Assembly (NCBI GenBank): GCA_907165135.1
Contig: OU015566.1
Span: 186,001-250,000 of the forward strand
From: Oikopleura dioica
Taxonomy: Eukaryota; Animalia; Chordata
Length of the DNA: 64,000 nucleotides
Direction of reading: 5' to 3'
The position numbers were made by a program, and so were the translations under genes. Numbering within the stretch: position 1 is the stretch's first letter; every line of letters starts with the position of its first letter. The notes beneath the pieces were generated by a model. It saw nothing but the letters and a program-made list of their open reading frames with translations. It searched no databases and was not told the origin of the DNA. This document shows, piece after piece, positions 62,739-64,000 of this stretch.

Positions 62739-63065
62739 CTGGGGTCGGCTTCTGCTCTGCACAGTGTCCAGATTTTGGACTGTGCAGAGCAGAGCAGGGC
62801 AGGAGAAACTGACTGCTCTGCACTGCTCTGCACAAGTCAATTGCTTTGCAGGTAAGTTGTGCAGTTCAGAAAAAAATTTTTTCGCGAAATTTTTAAAGTC
62901 AAACTAGATTTTTTCAAAGCTAATGTGCATTAAAGAGTCTCAAAAGAGACGCTTTGCGTAGTCAGAGGATAAAAAATCGTCTCTTCCGATAGTTCTTAGA
63001 TTGAAATGTATTTTCGTCATATTTTTTTTTGCAAAAAAACATTCTACAAAAACTGCCGACCCCAG
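62739..63065. mobile_element. CTGGGGTCGGC-family MITE with CTCTGC repeats
   Basis: TIR CTGGGGTCGGC / GCCGACCCCAG. TSD TCCCGGAA on both sides. Confidence 0.9.
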
Positions 63066-64000
63066 TCCCGGAATCAAAACCATGATGCCTGAAAAATTAC
63101 TTGCATTTTTTGTTCTGCCTCAGGGTTTCTGCCTGCAAAAAAGCCATTTTTGCAAACTTTGTGAATTTTCGTTTTAGGAAAATCATCGTCATCGTCAGAA
63201 AAAATCAAAAAAATAGATAAAAATTTTTGATAAAAAACACTTAAGAAAAGAAATTCTTAAAATATTTATTGATTAAATCGAACTACTCTGCAAAATTTCT
63301 TGAAATTTCTCAAGAGGGATGGTAGACGGCGGGTTCCATTCTTTGTGAAGAATCATTCTTTTTTAAGAATACCTGAAACAACGCATAAAAGACAGTCAAA
63401 AGTTCAGAAACAAAATCCTTTTTATGCAAATAACTCAGGAGCGAGTGTGCGCTTCGCGCCAGTTATCAGGGAAACTCCAGAGAGTTTGATATCCAAGAAT
63501 TTTTATATATCCGAAAAACCTATTTTTACCTAATTTTCTCTAGAATATTGAGAAAAAGAATGATTCTTTTAAAAGAATGGAATCCGCCGTCACCCAGAGG
63601 GATGGCGCTTTGCACAAGATTTCTCTTGCGCTCATTATCGAAAAGTCGAATTTGTTTCTCCTTGATAATAACATGAGTGAACAGCTGAGTGTTCAAAATC
63701 TCTAACAATATTGTTTTAAACTTATTACGTCGACATAATTATGAATAAGACAAAAAAGTCGGCGCTGTTTTTTACACTACTTATTCGGCGCGCCGCGCGG
63801 GGCTGAATAATGCTTGGTGGTCGTATAGGCTATGCGTTATTGCTCAAACGTAAGCTAACCATTTGTAAGCTGAAGAATTGAAGGGCAAACTACGAAAAAA
63901 AAACATTTTCGGAAGATAAATAAGCCGAACAGCCAAAGTAAATACAATAAAATCATTTTCTTTTCTTGGTTCTTCCCAAAAAATTAAAGTTTCCAGCTTC

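Noticed and set aside
62146-63533. Short ORFs near the window end
   Set aside because: No recognisable domain, and I could not assemble a consistent exon chain.
1-64000. Autonomous transposase or reverse transcriptase
   Set aside because: No DDE or RT motifs and no long ORF were found. The mobilising enzymes must be encoded elsewhere.

Overview
AT-rich animal genomic DNA saturated with non-autonomous DNA transposons (MITEs). No transposase ORF, rRNA, tRNA or CRISPR array was seen. Very short introns (38-51 bp) plus GA-AG and GC-AG introns suggest a larvacean tunicate (Oikopleura-like); this is inference only. Hand-spliced gene models give a cluster of Golgi glycan enzymes: three GT31 beta-1,3-glycosyltransferase paralogs (one in a near-identical ~6.17-kb tandem duplication at 1-12189), a GCNT/core-2 branching enzyme (minus), a complete GAL3ST sulfotransferase, a CHST8-14-type sulfotransferase (minus), and a small CUB-domain gene. 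The main finding is eight hAT-type elements (TIRs, 8-bp target-site duplications) sitting inside coding exons of genes whose catalytic exons are otherwise open. Two are exact GC-AG introns built from the TSD plus the first TIR base. Two others have no usable AG acceptor, yet their TSD copies have diverged as expected if the element is precisely removed from the mRNA. Exon-interrupting copies have also lost the AG at their 3' TIR. Together this suggests an active transposon-to-intron system that may include non-canonical, hairpin-bounded introns. All coordinates and alignments were made by eye and need RNA confirmation.
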